Shown in pieces: positions 40,048-50,342 of a DNA stretch of 64,000 nucleotides. The stretch lies in assembly GCA_963667845.2 (NCBI GenBank), contig CAXXVL010000002.1, forward strand, positions 1 through 64,000. Reading direction: 5' to 3'. The first letter of the stretch is position 1; every line of letters begins with the position of its first letter. A model generated the notes under the pieces. It saw only the letters and a list, made by a program, of their open reading frames with translations. It searched no databases and was not told the DNA's origin. The position numbers were made by a program, and so were the translations under genes. This DNA is from Smithellaceae bacterium. Its GTDB lineage: Bacteria; Desulfobacterota; Syntrophia; Syntrophales; Smithellaceae.

Positions 40048-40635
40048 TTACATCAGATATTTTCTGACGGAGGCGGTGATCACGCCGCCTATTTTGAGTT
40101 CTTCCCGGGGATAGATGGTGGGATAGGCCGGATTGGCCGCTTCCAGAACAATCTCCCTGCCCCGTCTGCGGAAATATTTCATCGTCCACTGGCCGTCGAC
40201 TTCGGCCAGAACAATGTCGCCGTTCTGGGGCGACCGGTTCCGGTCAACCACGACCAGATCGCCCTCCATGATGCCCGCGCCGATCATCGAATCGCCCGTC
40301 ACGCTCAGTAAAAAGGAAGATTCGGGTTTGTCCACGAGGTATTCGTCCATGGACACGACGTCGCGCGCGTTTTCTTCGGCGGATGTGGGAAGGCCGGCAG
40401 CAACGCTGCCGACCAGCGGGATGCCGAAGGAAATCCCTGACAGCTTGAGATATCCCTGGGCGTCTTTTTCGAGAATGCCTTTTTCGATGAGTTTGTCAAT
40501 CCAGTAAGAGACGACGCTTTTGGAGCGCACTTCAAATAAATCCATCATCTCGGTGTATGTAGGCATGCGCTTCTGGTTGCGGTAAAAAGAGACCAGGCTC
40601 TGCTCAACGGATTTTATGTCGCGGGTTTTTTTCAT
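40048..40635 (-). CDS. lexA: LexA-family repressor (HTH + S24 peptidase)
   Basis: MPTYTE helix, GSVAAGLP cleavage site, GDSM catalytic Ser, TMKY catalytic Lys. Confidence 0.88.
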   Translation of the reverse strand: MKKTRDIKSVEQSLVSFYRNQKRMPTYTEMMDLFEVRSKSVVSYWIDKLIEKGILEKDAQGYLKLSGISFGIPLVGSVAAGLPTSAEENARDVVSMDEYLVDKPESSFLLSVTGDSMIGAGIMEGDLVVVDRNRSPQNGDIVLAEVDGQWTMKYFRRRGREIVLEAANPAYPTIYPREELKIGGVITASVRKYLM

Positions 40636-40642
40636 GGCCTCT

Positions 40643-40671
40643 CTTATATAGAACGTACGTTCTATTGTCAA
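40643..40671 (-). promoter_or_regulatory. lexA promoter with embedded palindromic operator
   Basis: TTGACA-17 bp-TATAAG on the minus strand; perfect 18-bp palindrome ATAGAACGTACGTTCTAT at 40648-40665. Confidence 0.8.
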
Positions 40672-40940
40672 GCAGTTTTTTTTGGTGAGGCGGTTTTTCG
40701 GCGGTGATGTAACGATTCCTTGGAGAATAATCGTTCAGGCGGGCCTAAGTCCTTAGATTGCTTGCTGCATTTTCCTGGGATTTGACGGGGTTCGGCAGAT
40801 ATCCGCAGTTTGATCATTCGGCGGAAACCGGCGGTGCGCCCGATACGGTATATCAAGAACGCATCAACAATCCCGGATTCCGGGCCACGATTCGCTGGCC
40901 CGGAAGGACAGACAGGTTTTTATGCAGTTACGAACAGTTC

Positions 40941-42587
40941 CTAACGGGTCATCGATAACTTCTGCTCATCCTTGGGAACGTACCACTTGTCGAAATTGTA
41001 GCCGATGCCGAGCGGAGCGGGCTTGATGCCGCGGATGCGGTTGGAAATAATGAGGAGTTCATCGGGAACGTATAAGAAGGTGTAAGGCTGGTCTTCCGCC
41101 AGGATTTCCTGGAAGCGGTCATAGTATTTTTTGCGCTGGGCCTGATCAAATGTGCTGCGGCCCTTGTCCAGCATCTCATCGGCCTCTTTATTATTGTAGG
41201 AAATAAAGTTCAGCTCTTCGGGCCTGGTCTTGCTGGAATGCCACACGTCGTACGCGTCGGGGTCGAGCGGAATCGTCCAGCCCAGGATCACCGCATCGAA
41301 ACGCCGCTTCGTAATAAAATCCGTCACAAACGCCGACCACTCGATGACACGGATTTTTGCCGTAATCCCGACTTCCTTGAGCTGCCTTTGAATGATCTCC
41401 GCGCATTTCTGGCGGGTCTCATTGCCCTGGTTGGTAAGAATTTCAAATTCAAAAGGTTTGCCGTCTTTCTCCAGAATGCCGTCGCCGTTGGTGTCCGCCC
41501 ACCCGGCTTGTTTAAGCAGGTCGCGGGCCTTCGCCGGCTCGTAATTGTAGATTTTCACCTTGTCGTTATACGCCCAGGTTCCGGGCTTGTAAGGACCGGT
41601 TGCGGGTTTGCCCAGGCCCAATAGCACACCGCTCACGATTTCGTCTTTTTTGATGGCGTAAGAGATGGCCTGCCTGACCCGCTTATCCGTAAAAAGCGGA
41701 TTCTTCAGATTGTAGCCCAGGTATGTATAGGCAAAAGCGAGGTAGCGATACTTGTTGAAGTTTTCTTTGAACAGATTGTTGTCCGTCTGACGCGTGTACT
41801 GCAGGGGCGTGAGCGTCATCATGCTGATGTTCTGCGCGCGCAGTTCCAGAAACATCGTTGCGGTATCCGGGATGATGCGGGTGATCCGGCCGTCAATGTA
41901 GGGCCGCCCGTCGAAGTAATTTTCGTTGGAGGCCAGAACAATCTTTTGCCCGGCAACCCATTCTTTGAATTTGTAAGGCCCGGTGCCGATAGGATGGCGG
42001 GTGAGCGGGCTTTTGGTGATATCTTTCCCCGCGAGCAGGTGCCGCGGCATAATGGCGGACGCCCAGCTGATCAAGGCGGGAGCGAAAGGCTTATCGTAGG
42101 TGACGCGAAATGTGTAGTCGTCCAGCGCCTCGGCCTTTTTGATTTTCAAAAAATCGCCGCCATACGCCGTGGGCGTCTTGGGATCGGTGGTCACCTGATA
42201 GGTGTAGAGGACGTCCTGCGCGGTGAAGGGTTTGCCGTCATGCCAGGTGACGCCCTGGCGCAGATGAAAGGTAATGATCAGGCCGTCCGGTGAAACGTCC
42301 CAGGACTTGGCGAGGTCGCCCACGATATTCATGTCCTTGTCGTACTTGACGAGGCCGTTAAAGACCATACCGCCCACATCGTGTGACGCGGAGTCGGACG
42401 CCAGAAGCGGGATCAGGTTGCTCGCATCGCCGATCGCGCCCCCGACCAGGATGTCACCATAAGCCGGCGGCTTGTCGGCCTTGGTTTGGGCGTTTTCGGT
42501 CTGCGGCGATTTGCCGCAAGCCGCCAATGACAAGATCATCAATACTAAAATAGTGGGATAATAGAGTCTGCGCATGGTGATTTTCAT
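40941..42587 (-). CDS. Peptide ABC transporter substrate-binding lipoprotein (family 5)
   Basis: Lipobox LAAC, LRQGVTWHDG.PFTA.DV, PIGTGPYK, VRQAISYAI. Confidence 0.92.
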   Translation of the reverse strand: MKITMRRLYYPTILVLMILSLAACGKSPQTENAQTKADKPPAYGDILVGGAIGDASNLIPLLASDSASHDVGGMVFNGLVKYDKDMNIVGDLAKSWDVSPDGLIITFHLRQGVTWHDGKPFTAQDVLYTYQVTTDPKTPTAYGGDFLKIKKAEALDDYTFRVTYDKPFAPALISWASAIMPRHLLAGKDITKSPLTRHPIGTGPYKFKEWVAGQKIVLASNENYFDGRPYIDGRITRIIPDTATMFLELRAQNISMMTLTPLQYTRQTDNNLFKENFNKYRYLAFAYTYLGYNLKNPLFTDKRVRQAISYAIKKDEIVSGVLLGLGKPATGPYKPGTWAYNDKVKIYNYEPAKARDLLKQAGWADTNGDGILEKDGKPFEFEILTNQGNETRQKCAEIIQRQLKEVGITAKIRVIEWSAFVTDFITKRRFDAVILGWTIPLDPDAYDVWHSSKTRPEELNFISYNNKEADEMLDKGRSTFDQAQRKKYYDRFQEILAEDQPYTFLYVPDELLIISNRIRGIKPAPLGIGYNFDKWYVPKDEQKLSMTR

Positions 42588-42854
42588 AGCCCAGGATGCG
42601 GACCTTTGCAATATGATTTTTACATCCTCCCCCGCTTGCCGTCCTTCCCGCCGTCCCGAAAATTGGTCTCCTCAAATGCGCCGGAAAGCCGGCGCCGCTA
42701 TGGCTTTTGCTGCCGGGCCGCGGAAAAGCCGCTTTCCTGCATACTGAGAGAATGCGGGGAACCGCATAGTTTTGATAACAAAGCTTTCTTAGACCTTTAA
42801 AAGATGTTAACGTTTAAACGTACAACATAACGGATTCATTGATGGGAGGTTTTA

Positions 42855-44150
42855 ATGACGGATGCAATCGTCATCGGCGCGGGTTACGCGGGAATGAGCG
42901 CCGCCGCGCTCCTGGCCCACGCGGGCCGGAAGGTTATCGTTCTGGACGCCTCCGGCATGATCGGCGGCAGGGCCCTTTCCTACAGAAACGAGAAAGGCTA
43001 TGTCTGGGAATACGGCGCGCATTCGCATAGGCTCGGGCCGAAGGGCATAGCCAACGAAGTGTTCAAAAGGCTCGGCGATGAAATCGATTTCCTGCCGGAA
43101 GCGAAAGACGCCCGGCTGATCTTTAAAGGCAAACTGTGGGAAAGACCCGAAGGGCCTGTCGGTTTTTTGAAAACGCCCATGCTTTCATTTCGGGGAAGGC
43201 TGGCATTTCTGGCGCTCCTGTCAAAAATTAAAAAGGCCGATCCTGCGGCATGGTATGACAAAACGCTCAGCGATTTTTACAAGACATCCCTGCAACATCC
43301 CGAGGTCGAGGCATTCCTGCCGTTTCTCGGCATGACCATCATGTGCCCGACTCCGGATAAAGTGAGCGCGGGCGAAATCATCGAATTTCTGCAAAGGGTC
43401 TTCAAAGCCGGTGTCGGTGTCGGAGAACCGCGGGGCGGCTCCGCGCAATTATTCTCCAAGCTCACTCATCACATCGAAAAAACAGACGGCGAAATATATC
43501 TCAGCGAAAAGGTGGGGAAAATCGTCATTGAAGACGGCAGAGCGGTGGGCGTTGTCACGGACAAGGCCAGCCACACAGCCGACAACATCATCTTTGCGGC
43601 AAGGCTGCCGCTGATCCTGGACCTGATGGACAGCCGTCTGCTTCCCGGGGCCACGCTCGATTATGCCAAAAATATCGAAAGCAGTTCGAGCCTCACCATC
43701 GACTTTATAACCAACAATCCGGTGACCGATATCCGCGCCGGTATCCTCGGCGTGGATATCCCTGTCTGGGCGCGCTTCCAGTCCAATGCCGATGATTCAT
43801 TGACACCCCGCGGAAAATATATCTCGACCTGGGGCATCATGCTGCCGTGGCACTTTGACGGTGATCAGAATATCGAATACCGGGCGGAAGAAAGACTCAA
43901 AGGCGTTATCGCCGCCCTCTTCCCGGATTTTCTGCCCGCGGTTGTCGAAGAAAGAAAGATTGTCGTGCCGGTCATGAACGGCAACGTTCTCACACCGGCC
44001 CAGTCCAAACCCCACCGGCCGGACATTGAATGCTCCACCATCAAGAAGCTTTATTTTATCGGCGACACCGTCCGCGGCGACGGCTGCTCCGGCGATATCA
44101 GTTTTTCTTCGGCCATGAAGGCGGTAGACAAAATACTGGGCGCTAAGTGA
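42855..44150 (+). CDS. FAD-dependent oxidoreductase (phytoene desaturase/amine oxidase-like)
   Basis: VIGAGYAG, GGRA, P.GG, LYFIGD. Confidence 0.85.
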   Translation: MTDAIVIGAGYAGMSAAALLAHAGRKVIVLDASGMIGGRALSYRNEKGYVWEYGAHSHRLGPKGIANEVFKRLGDEIDFLPEAKDARLIFKGKLWERPEGPVGFLKTPMLSFRGRLAFLALLSKIKKADPAAWYDKTLSDFYKTSLQHPEVEAFLPFLGMTIMCPTPDKVSAGEIIEFLQRVFKAGVGVGEPRGGSAQLFSKLTHHIEKTDGEIYLSEKVGKIVIEDGRAVGVVTDKASHTADNIIFAARLPLILDLMDSRLLPGATLDYAKNIESSSSLTIDFITNNPVTDIRAGILGVDIPVWARFQSNADDSLTPRGKYISTWGIMLPWHFDGDQNIEYRAEERLKGVIAALFPDFLPAVVEERKIVVPVMNGNVLTPAQSKPHRPDIECSTIKKLYFIGDTVRGDGCSGDISFSSAMKAVDKILGAK

Positions 44151-44329
44151 GAACTGCATGAGATTGCGCGTCATTCAAGCGCCCGAAGAAATTCTTCCCG
44201 TCCAAAGCTGCTCCGGCGAACGCAACCTGGCACTGATGTCGAATTGACATCTCCGATCACTCTTCTTATATTTCCTGTAAGAGAAGGAAGTTCTCTTAAT
44301 GCCAACCGCGGAAGAGAGCAGAGTGAATT

Positions 44330-46063
44330 ATGCCCGATGAAATCTCTATCAGGATAACCGGTGAAGCAGGACAGGGTACCCAGACCATCGGCGACGCCCT
44401 TTCCCATATCTTCAAATCCGCCGGCTATCATTTATTCACCTATCAGGACTTCATGTCGCGCATCCGCGGCGGCAACAACTTCTCCGAGATTCGCGTTTCA
44501 ACCAAACCCGTTCATGCGCCCCGGCAAAAGCCGGACATCATCATCTGCCTTTCCCGATCAAGCGTCGATATTCATAAAAACAATCTGGCTCCTCAAGGCC
44601 TCCTCGTTGTGGACAAAGCAAAGTTCGGCATGGGTCAGCTCGAAGAATCCATGGTTGATGCGGCTCTGAACGAAATCGCCCTGAGGGTCGCCAATGACGC
44701 GCTGTATTCGAACTCCGTAGCCTGCGGCCTGATCGCCGGCCTTGCGGGCCTCGATTTTGCCTTTGTCGCCCAGGGCCTGCAAGAGGTCTTCGTGAGTAAA
44801 GCGGAGTCAATTATCGGGAACAATGTCCGCAGTGCCCGCGCGGGCTTCGAGCTCGGTCGGGAAAATCCGCAGCAAAATAGATTTCTGCTCCCTCCGGTCG
44901 GCAACGATGGCCTGGCAGCCGCTTCCGGAATGACGCTCCTGGATGGCTCAGCCGCCATAGGCTTAGGCGCTGTCCGGGCCGGCTGCAAATTCTACACCGC
45001 CTACCCCATGTCGCCGTCGACCGGTATCATGAACGTCATCGCCGAACACGCAGCCCAGGAGCACATTGTCGTGGAACAGGCGGAGGATGAGATCGCGGCC
45101 ATTAACATGGTCATCGGCGCATCCTTTGCGGGCAGCCGCGCCATGACCTCCACTTCGGGCGGCGGATTCTGCCTGATGGTGGAAGGCGTGAGCCTCGCCG
45201 GCAACTCGGAGACCCCAGTGGTGATCGTTGATGCCCAAAGGCCCGGTCCCGCAACCGGTTTGGCCACGCGCACGGAGCAGGCCGATCTGGAATTTGTCAT
45301 CTCGGCGGGCCACGGCGAATTCGCCCGGGCCGTGTACGCGCCGGGGTCCGCCGAACAGGCCTATGCCCTGACCATCAAGGCATTCGAAGTCGCCGAGAAA
45401 TATCAGATTCCGGTTTTGATTCTGACGGACCAGTACTTACAGGATTCGACAAGCGATGTTCCGGCGTTCGATGAGAACACGGCCGCTCCCGAGCGCTTTA
45501 TCATTTCCAAAGAGGAGTCCGCCCGGATCACATCCTATAAACGATACGCCCTGACGGACTCGGGGATTTCCCCGCGGGCGATCCCGTCGTGGATTCAGGA
45601 TGTGATGTACGTTGACAGCCATGAACACGACGAGTGGGGACACATCAATGAAGATGCCGAAATACGAAAGCAGATGGTTCAGAAACGCCTGCACAAAAAA
45701 ATGCACGGTCTCGGGGGAGAGCTGGAACCGCCGACGTCGTTCAACACCGCTGATGCTCGGATCATCCTTGTGGGATTCGGTTCTACTTTGGGCATCCTTC
45801 AGGAAGCGGCGCAGGCGCTCGCGAACAACAAAGTGGGCTTCGTTCACCTCTCGCAGGTCTGGCCTTTCCCATCCGCTGAAATAGTGAAGCTGCTGTCCGG
45901 CGCCCGCGTGATCATCAACATCGAAAACAACGCCCGGGGCCAGCTGGCTTCGCTTTTGTATCGCGAAACCGGCATCAAGGTCAGTAAATCCATTTTGAAA
46001 TACGATGGCCGTCCGTTTGATATCGACTCAGTGATTGACCTCATCTGGCAGGAACTGGAATGA
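44330..46063 (+). CDS. 2-oxoacid:ferredoxin oxidoreductase alpha (gamma-alpha fused) subunit
   Basis: GEAGQG, SRIRGG, YPMSPST, QAEDEIAA, TSGGGF.LM.E, QRPGPATG. Confidence 0.93.
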   Translation: MPDEISIRITGEAGQGTQTIGDALSHIFKSAGYHLFTYQDFMSRIRGGNNFSEIRVSTKPVHAPRQKPDIIICLSRSSVDIHKNNLAPQGLLVVDKAKFGMGQLEESMVDAALNEIALRVANDALYSNSVACGLIAGLAGLDFAFVAQGLQEVFVSKAESIIGNNVRSARAGFELGRENPQQNRFLLPPVGNDGLAAASGMTLLDGSAAIGLGAVRAGCKFYTAYPMSPSTGIMNVIAEHAAQEHIVVEQAEDEIAAINMVIGASFAGSRAMTSTSGGGFCLMVEGVSLAGNSETPVVIVDAQRPGPATGLATRTEQADLEFVISAGHGEFARAVYAPGSAEQAYALTIKAFEVAEKYQIPVLILTDQYLQDSTSDVPAFDENTAAPERFIISKEESARITSYKRYALTDSGISPRAIPSWIQDVMYVDSHEHDEWGHINEDAEIRKQMVQKRLHKKMHGLGGELEPPTSFNTADARIILVGFGSTLGILQEAAQALANNKVGFVHLSQVWPFPSAEIVKLLSGARVIINIENNARGQLASLLYRETGIKVSKSILKYDGRPFDIDSVIDLIWQELE

Positions 46064-46101
46064 TCAACAGGGGCCGGGCAACAGGCAAGAGTGAATAATT
46101 T

Positions 46102-46887
46102 ATGGATGCAAATGACTTCAAAAGTTCCGATCCGATAACCTGGTGCCCGCGCTGCGGCGATTTCGGCATATTAAACAGCCTGAAAAGGGCGCTCGCCAAA
46201 CTGGGCAGAGAGCCCTCGGATATTCTGCTGGTCTCCGGCATCGGCCAGGCGGCAAAAATGCCGCATTATGTCAAAGCCAACTGCTTCAACGGCCTCCACG
46301 GCCGGGCGCTTCCCGCGGCCTTCGGCGCCAGGGTCGCCAATAAAGATCTGACCATCATTGTGACCACCGGCGACGGTGATTGTTATGGGGAAGGCGGCAA
46401 CCATTTCATCCACAACATCCGCCGCAACCCCGACATCACGGTCATTGTCGGCAACAATCAAATCTACGGCCTGACCAAAGGCCAGGCATCTCCCACAACG
46501 GATGAGCACATGGTAACAAAGATTACACCCCGGGGCGTTATCCTGGAGCACCTGTCGCCCCTATCGCTGGCCCTGGCCGCCGGCGCCGGTTTCGTGTCCC
46601 GCGGCTTTGCCCAGGACACCGACCATTTAACCGACCTCATCCTGGCGGGCATCCATTACAAAGGATTCGCCTTGATTGATGTGCTCCAGCCCTGCGTCAC
46701 TTTCAACAGAAAGAACACCTACGAATGGTATGCCGAGCGCGTTTACAAGCTGGACTCATCCTATAATTCCGCTGATCTGGGCACCGCGTTTCAGAAATCC
46801 CTCGAATGGGGTGACCACATCCCCATCGGCATCCTGTACAACGTTTCCAAACCCACCTACGAACAAAAAGCCGGTCTGACAGATTGA
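46102..46887 (+). CDS. 2-oxoacid:ferredoxin oxidoreductase beta subunit
   Basis: WCPRCGDFG, SGIGQ, LHGRALP, GDGD, NNQIYGLTKGQASPT, QPCVTFN. Confidence 0.92.
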   Translation: MDANDFKSSDPITWCPRCGDFGILNSLKRALAKLGREPSDILLVSGIGQAAKMPHYVKANCFNGLHGRALPAAFGARVANKDLTIIVTTGDGDCYGEGGNHFIHNIRRNPDITVIVGNNQIYGLTKGQASPTTDEHMVTKITPRGVILEHLSPLSLALAAGAGFVSRGFAQDTDHLTDLILAGIHYKGFALIDVLQPCVTFNRKNTYEWYAERVYKLDSSYNSADLGTAFQKSLEWGDHIPIGILYNVSKPTYEQKAGLTD

Positions 46888-47032
46888 AGATCTGTGACGG
46901 CTCTCACACAGGTCGCCGCAATACACGAGTACCGGAGCCCTGCCCTTCGTTTTCTCCCGTTTGACATTGCGATTGCTTTTATCCGGTTTCAAATGTATTC
47001 AATGTCCCATAGCGACAACATATCGAGGGACC

Positions 47033-48280
47033 ATGAAGTTCGAAAAATATCATATCTCGGAAGACATAAAACATAACCTGGCAAAACTGGGTTTTAAGAG
47101 GCCGACGGACATCCAGTTCAAATCCATCCCGTCCATCTTAAACGGTGAAGACGTTCTGGCCATCGCGCAGACGGGCACCGGCAAAACGGCGGCATTCGCC
47201 ATTCCGCTGGTCGATAAAATCCACCGGCAAAAAAGCAGCAAGCGCGATACCGGCATCAAGGGCCTGGTCATGGTCCCGACGCGGGAGCTCGCCACGCAGA
47301 TCGGCGAGGTTTTCACCAGCATCGCGAAACACACCAAGGTAAAGACGTTTGCCCTGATCGGCGGCGTCGAACAGGAGGCACAGCTTAAGAAGCTGCAGGA
47401 GGGCGTCGATATTTTGATTACCACGCCGGGGCGAATGTTTGATCTCATCCATCAGGGCGCAATCAACCTGGAACGCGTCGAGACGCTGGTCCTGGATGAG
47501 GCCGACCATATGCTGGATCTGGGCTTCATTAAAGACATTCAGTATGTTAAAAAGATGCTCACCCGCAAACATCAGACCCTGTTTTTTTCGGCAACCATCA
47601 ATCCGGAAATCAAGAAGCTGGCTTTCTCCCAGGTGAAAAGCACGGCCATCCGCATTCAGATATCGCCCGACGATCCGGTATCGGCCAATGTTTCGCATGC
47701 CGTCATGTTCGTCGAGATGGATGATAAGCGGTTCTTTCTGGAGAGCTTCATCCGGGAAAATCCCGATAGCAAAATCATTGTCTTTGTGAGAACCCGGGTC
47801 CGCGCGGAGCGGGTGGCCAGGGCCATGGAGCGCGTCTCCATTTCCTCAATCACCATCCACGGCGAGAAGGATCAGGATGAACGTTCCAATGCGATGAGGA
47901 AGTTTAAAGATGGCGAATGCCGGATCCTCATTGCCACGGATGTCAGCGCGCGCGGCATCGATATTCCGGACGTGAACTATGTGATCAATTATGATTTACC
48001 GGAAAAGGCGGAGAACTACGTCCACCGGGTGGGAAGAACCGGACGGGGCGTCAACAAGGGCATCGCGATTTCCTTTTGCAGCGAAGATGAGAAGGAGCAG
48101 CTCTCCGAGATCCAGCAGTTTCTGAATAAAGAGATTGAAGTGATCAGGCTGGGCAAAAAAGATTATGCCCGGACCCTGGACATGGTACAAAAAAACATCA
48201 ACACCGACGTGCTGGCGATGATCGCCGACAATGAGGCGTGGCTCGCGGCTAAGAAGAAAAAACGCTCCCCGAAAAAGTAA
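47033..48280 (+). CDS. DEAD-box RNA helicase (RhlE-like)
   Basis: AQTGTGKT, PTREL, DEADHM, SAT, ARGID, HRVGRTGR. Confidence 0.93.
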   Translation: MKFEKYHISEDIKHNLAKLGFKRPTDIQFKSIPSILNGEDVLAIAQTGTGKTAAFAIPLVDKIHRQKSSKRDTGIKGLVMVPTRELATQIGEVFTSIAKHTKVKTFALIGGVEQEAQLKKLQEGVDILITTPGRMFDLIHQGAINLERVETLVLDEADHMLDLGFIKDIQYVKKMLTRKHQTLFFSATINPEIKKLAFSQVKSTAIRIQISPDDPVSANVSHAVMFVEMDDKRFFLESFIRENPDSKIIVFVRTRVRAERVARAMERVSISSITIHGEKDQDERSNAMRKFKDGECRILIATDVSARGIDIPDVNYVINYDLPEKAENYVHRVGRTGRGVNKGIAISFCSEDEKEQLSEIQQFLNKEIEVIRLGKKDYARTLDMVQKNINTDVLAMIADNEAWLAAKKKKRSPKK

Positions 48281-48416
48281 GGGGACGCGGACTTTCCTTC
48301 TGAAGACAAAATCCGGAAATGCCAAAATGAAATGTTATGCCCCGGGATGCCCGGCGGAATCCCTTCCGGCGCCGACGATAACAAAATAGAAGTTTAGCTT
48401 CAACAAAGAGAGCATT

Positions 48417-49628
48417 ATGACACTTAAGAAACGATACCTGTCTTTTATTTCTTTGGCCCTGGCACTTACTCTGCTGATTCCTGCCTTCATGGAGGCGACA
48501 GGCCTGTCCGCGGAAAAAATGCAGCAGACCTCGGACCACTTTGACGGCCTCACGTATTTCAACCCCGTTGATCCGCAAATTCCGCCAAATCCCCCCGGCC
48601 GGACAGCAAAATCCAACCCCGCCTGGTGGGTTTGGAACTGGATTCTGGGCAATGACTGGCCCCAGTGGCCTACGGCAAAGGATATTTCGCCCGGACCGCG
48701 TCCCGTCACCCGCGTCCCGAAAGGCGAAATCAGCATAACCCCTGTCGGTCACGCCACTTTCCTGATTCAAATGGATGGCCTGAACATTCTCACCGATCCA
48801 ATCTGGTCGGAACGCTGCAGCCCGGTACCATGGGCGGGTCCCAAAAGACACGTCCAGCCCGGCATCCGGTTTGAAGATCTCCCACCCATTGACGTTGTGC
48901 TGGTGTCCCACAATCATTATGATCACCTTGATCTTCCCACCCTGAAGCGTCTCGCGAAAAGGGGAACACCGCGCTCCATTGTGACCCTTGGCAATCTCTA
49001 CCTCGTCAAGAGTGCCGACATCCCCACGGTGGATGAGCTTGATTGGTGGCAGTCGGTCCGAATCTCTCCCGACATAACGATAACCCTGGTTCCCGCGCAG
49101 CACTTTTCGATGCGCTCTCTGGCGGACTACAATCATACCCTCTGGGGAGGTTTTGTCATCTCCGGACACTCGGGTAATGTTTATTATTCCGGGGATACAG
49201 GCTATGGTCCCCATTTCCAGGAAATCGCCCGCCGCTTTTCACCGATCCGGGTGGCGCTCCTGCCGATCGCGCCCTTCCGGCCGCAGAAGAGGGATGATAC
49301 GACTCCCGCACATCGATCCGTTGTCCACATGGGTCCTGCGGAGGCAGTAAAAGCGCATCTCGATTTGGGTGCGCCTTTCACCATCGCCGCCCACTACCAG
49401 GTATTTCGGCTGGGCATCGAGGGATATGATGATGCCGTGACTGTTCTGGCCTCGACAATGAAGGAGCAGAATCTGAAGCCCGATACCTTCGTCACGCCTG
49501 CCCTCGGTCAAGCCATTATCATGCCGCCCATGTCGCATGCATCGCCGTCAATCGTGTCTAGGGAGCCCGTGCCGGATTGGAGCTTTTCATGGGTTAGAAT
49601 CCCTTTGTGCTTGGATCAAGCATATTGA
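48417..49628 (+). CDS. Exported MBL-fold metallohydrolase (NAPE-PLD-like)
   Basis: Signal peptide; GHATF, TDPIW, SHNHYDHLD, PAQHFS, SGDTGY. Confidence 0.88.
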   Translation: MTLKKRYLSFISLALALTLLIPAFMEATGLSAEKMQQTSDHFDGLTYFNPVDPQIPPNPPGRTAKSNPAWWVWNWILGNDWPQWPTAKDISPGPRPVTRVPKGEISITPVGHATFLIQMDGLNILTDPIWSERCSPVPWAGPKRHVQPGIRFEDLPPIDVVLVSHNHYDHLDLPTLKRLAKRGTPRSIVTLGNLYLVKSADIPTVDELDWWQSVRISPDITITLVPAQHFSMRSLADYNHTLWGGFVISGHSGNVYYSGDTGYGPHFQEIARRFSPIRVALLPIAPFRPQKRDDTTPAHRSVVHMGPAEAVKAHLDLGAPFTIAAHYQVFRLGIEGYDDAVTVLASTMKEQNLKPDTFVTPALGQAIIMPPMSHASPSIVSREPVPDWSFSWVRIPLCLDQAY

Positions 49629-50036
49629 TCCCCATATCCTTTATGCACGAGTTCCGGCGTCATACATTGCTATCTGACGTGATATGGCTTGCCTTTTCCT
49701 AGAATCCGAAAACACAGCGGAAAACCTGATAACCTGATAACCCAAAGGTCACACGAGGTCACCACCTTGAAGGTGGCACTGCGCAAGGTCACACGCCGGA
49801 ATTGTTAGGTTGAACAATCCCGCGAAGCGGAGGGTATAATACCCCGCAGTTTCTTGGGGATTCAAACGCGTGGCTACGATATGTATTTTTCATGATCAAA
49901 AAGAGACGATAAACCAAAGCCAAAACAAATCATCCATGACAGGTATGCTTAACTTCGATTTACCGGGAAGGAGGGTTCCATTCGTAGAGAAATCTTCTGC
50001 GTGAATCGTACCCCAATTTTGCCGTTCTTAAACAAC

Positions 50037-50195
50037 AAAAAATGAGAGCCACCTATGCCGTGTTGTCTTTTTTACTGGAGTCCATCTTTAAACATGCGGT
50101 CTACAAGGGGTGATAGTCACCACAAAGACCCTACGATTCACTTTTCGTTAACATCCAGTAGAATAGACTCCATACGAACACTGCAGTCCCTCATT
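50037..50195 (-). ncRNA. Structured ~155-nt ncRNA, 6S-like, copy 1
   Basis: 5' and 3' ends pair (AAUGAGGG/CUCUCAUU), UACUGGA/UCCAGUA, apical GGUCU...GGUGA-CUA-UCACC...AGACC, U-tract; paralog at 63650-63803. Confidence 0.7.
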
Positions 50196-50201
50196 ACGTT
50201 T

Positions 50202-50230
50202 AATGTAGTGATGCTCTTCATCAATGTCAA
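50202..50230 (-). promoter_or_regulatory. sigma70 promoter of ncRNA copy 1
   Basis: TTGACA-17 bp-TACATT; predicted +1 coincides with the base of the closing stem. Confidence 0.72.
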
Positions 50231-50342
50231 TGGCGATGCCTGTATATGCCGGACATGCACTGTATTTATTACGAGTCTTCGACTTTCAATCTGGAATTAG
50301 AGATGAATTGCCCGCTGCTATCCGTTTTGCAGCCCATACAAA

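Noticed and set aside
46885..46960. Sec read-through of the oxidoreductase beta TGA, or a CDGSH-domain remnant (ICDGSH in another frame)
   Set aside because: The stop is near the expected C-terminus and not at a Cys column; the five-residue CDGSH match lacks the upstream CxC and could be chance.
50055..50300. 81-aa plus-strand ORF over ncRNA copy 1
   Set aside because: The paralogous copy has indels that break this frame while preserving base pairing.
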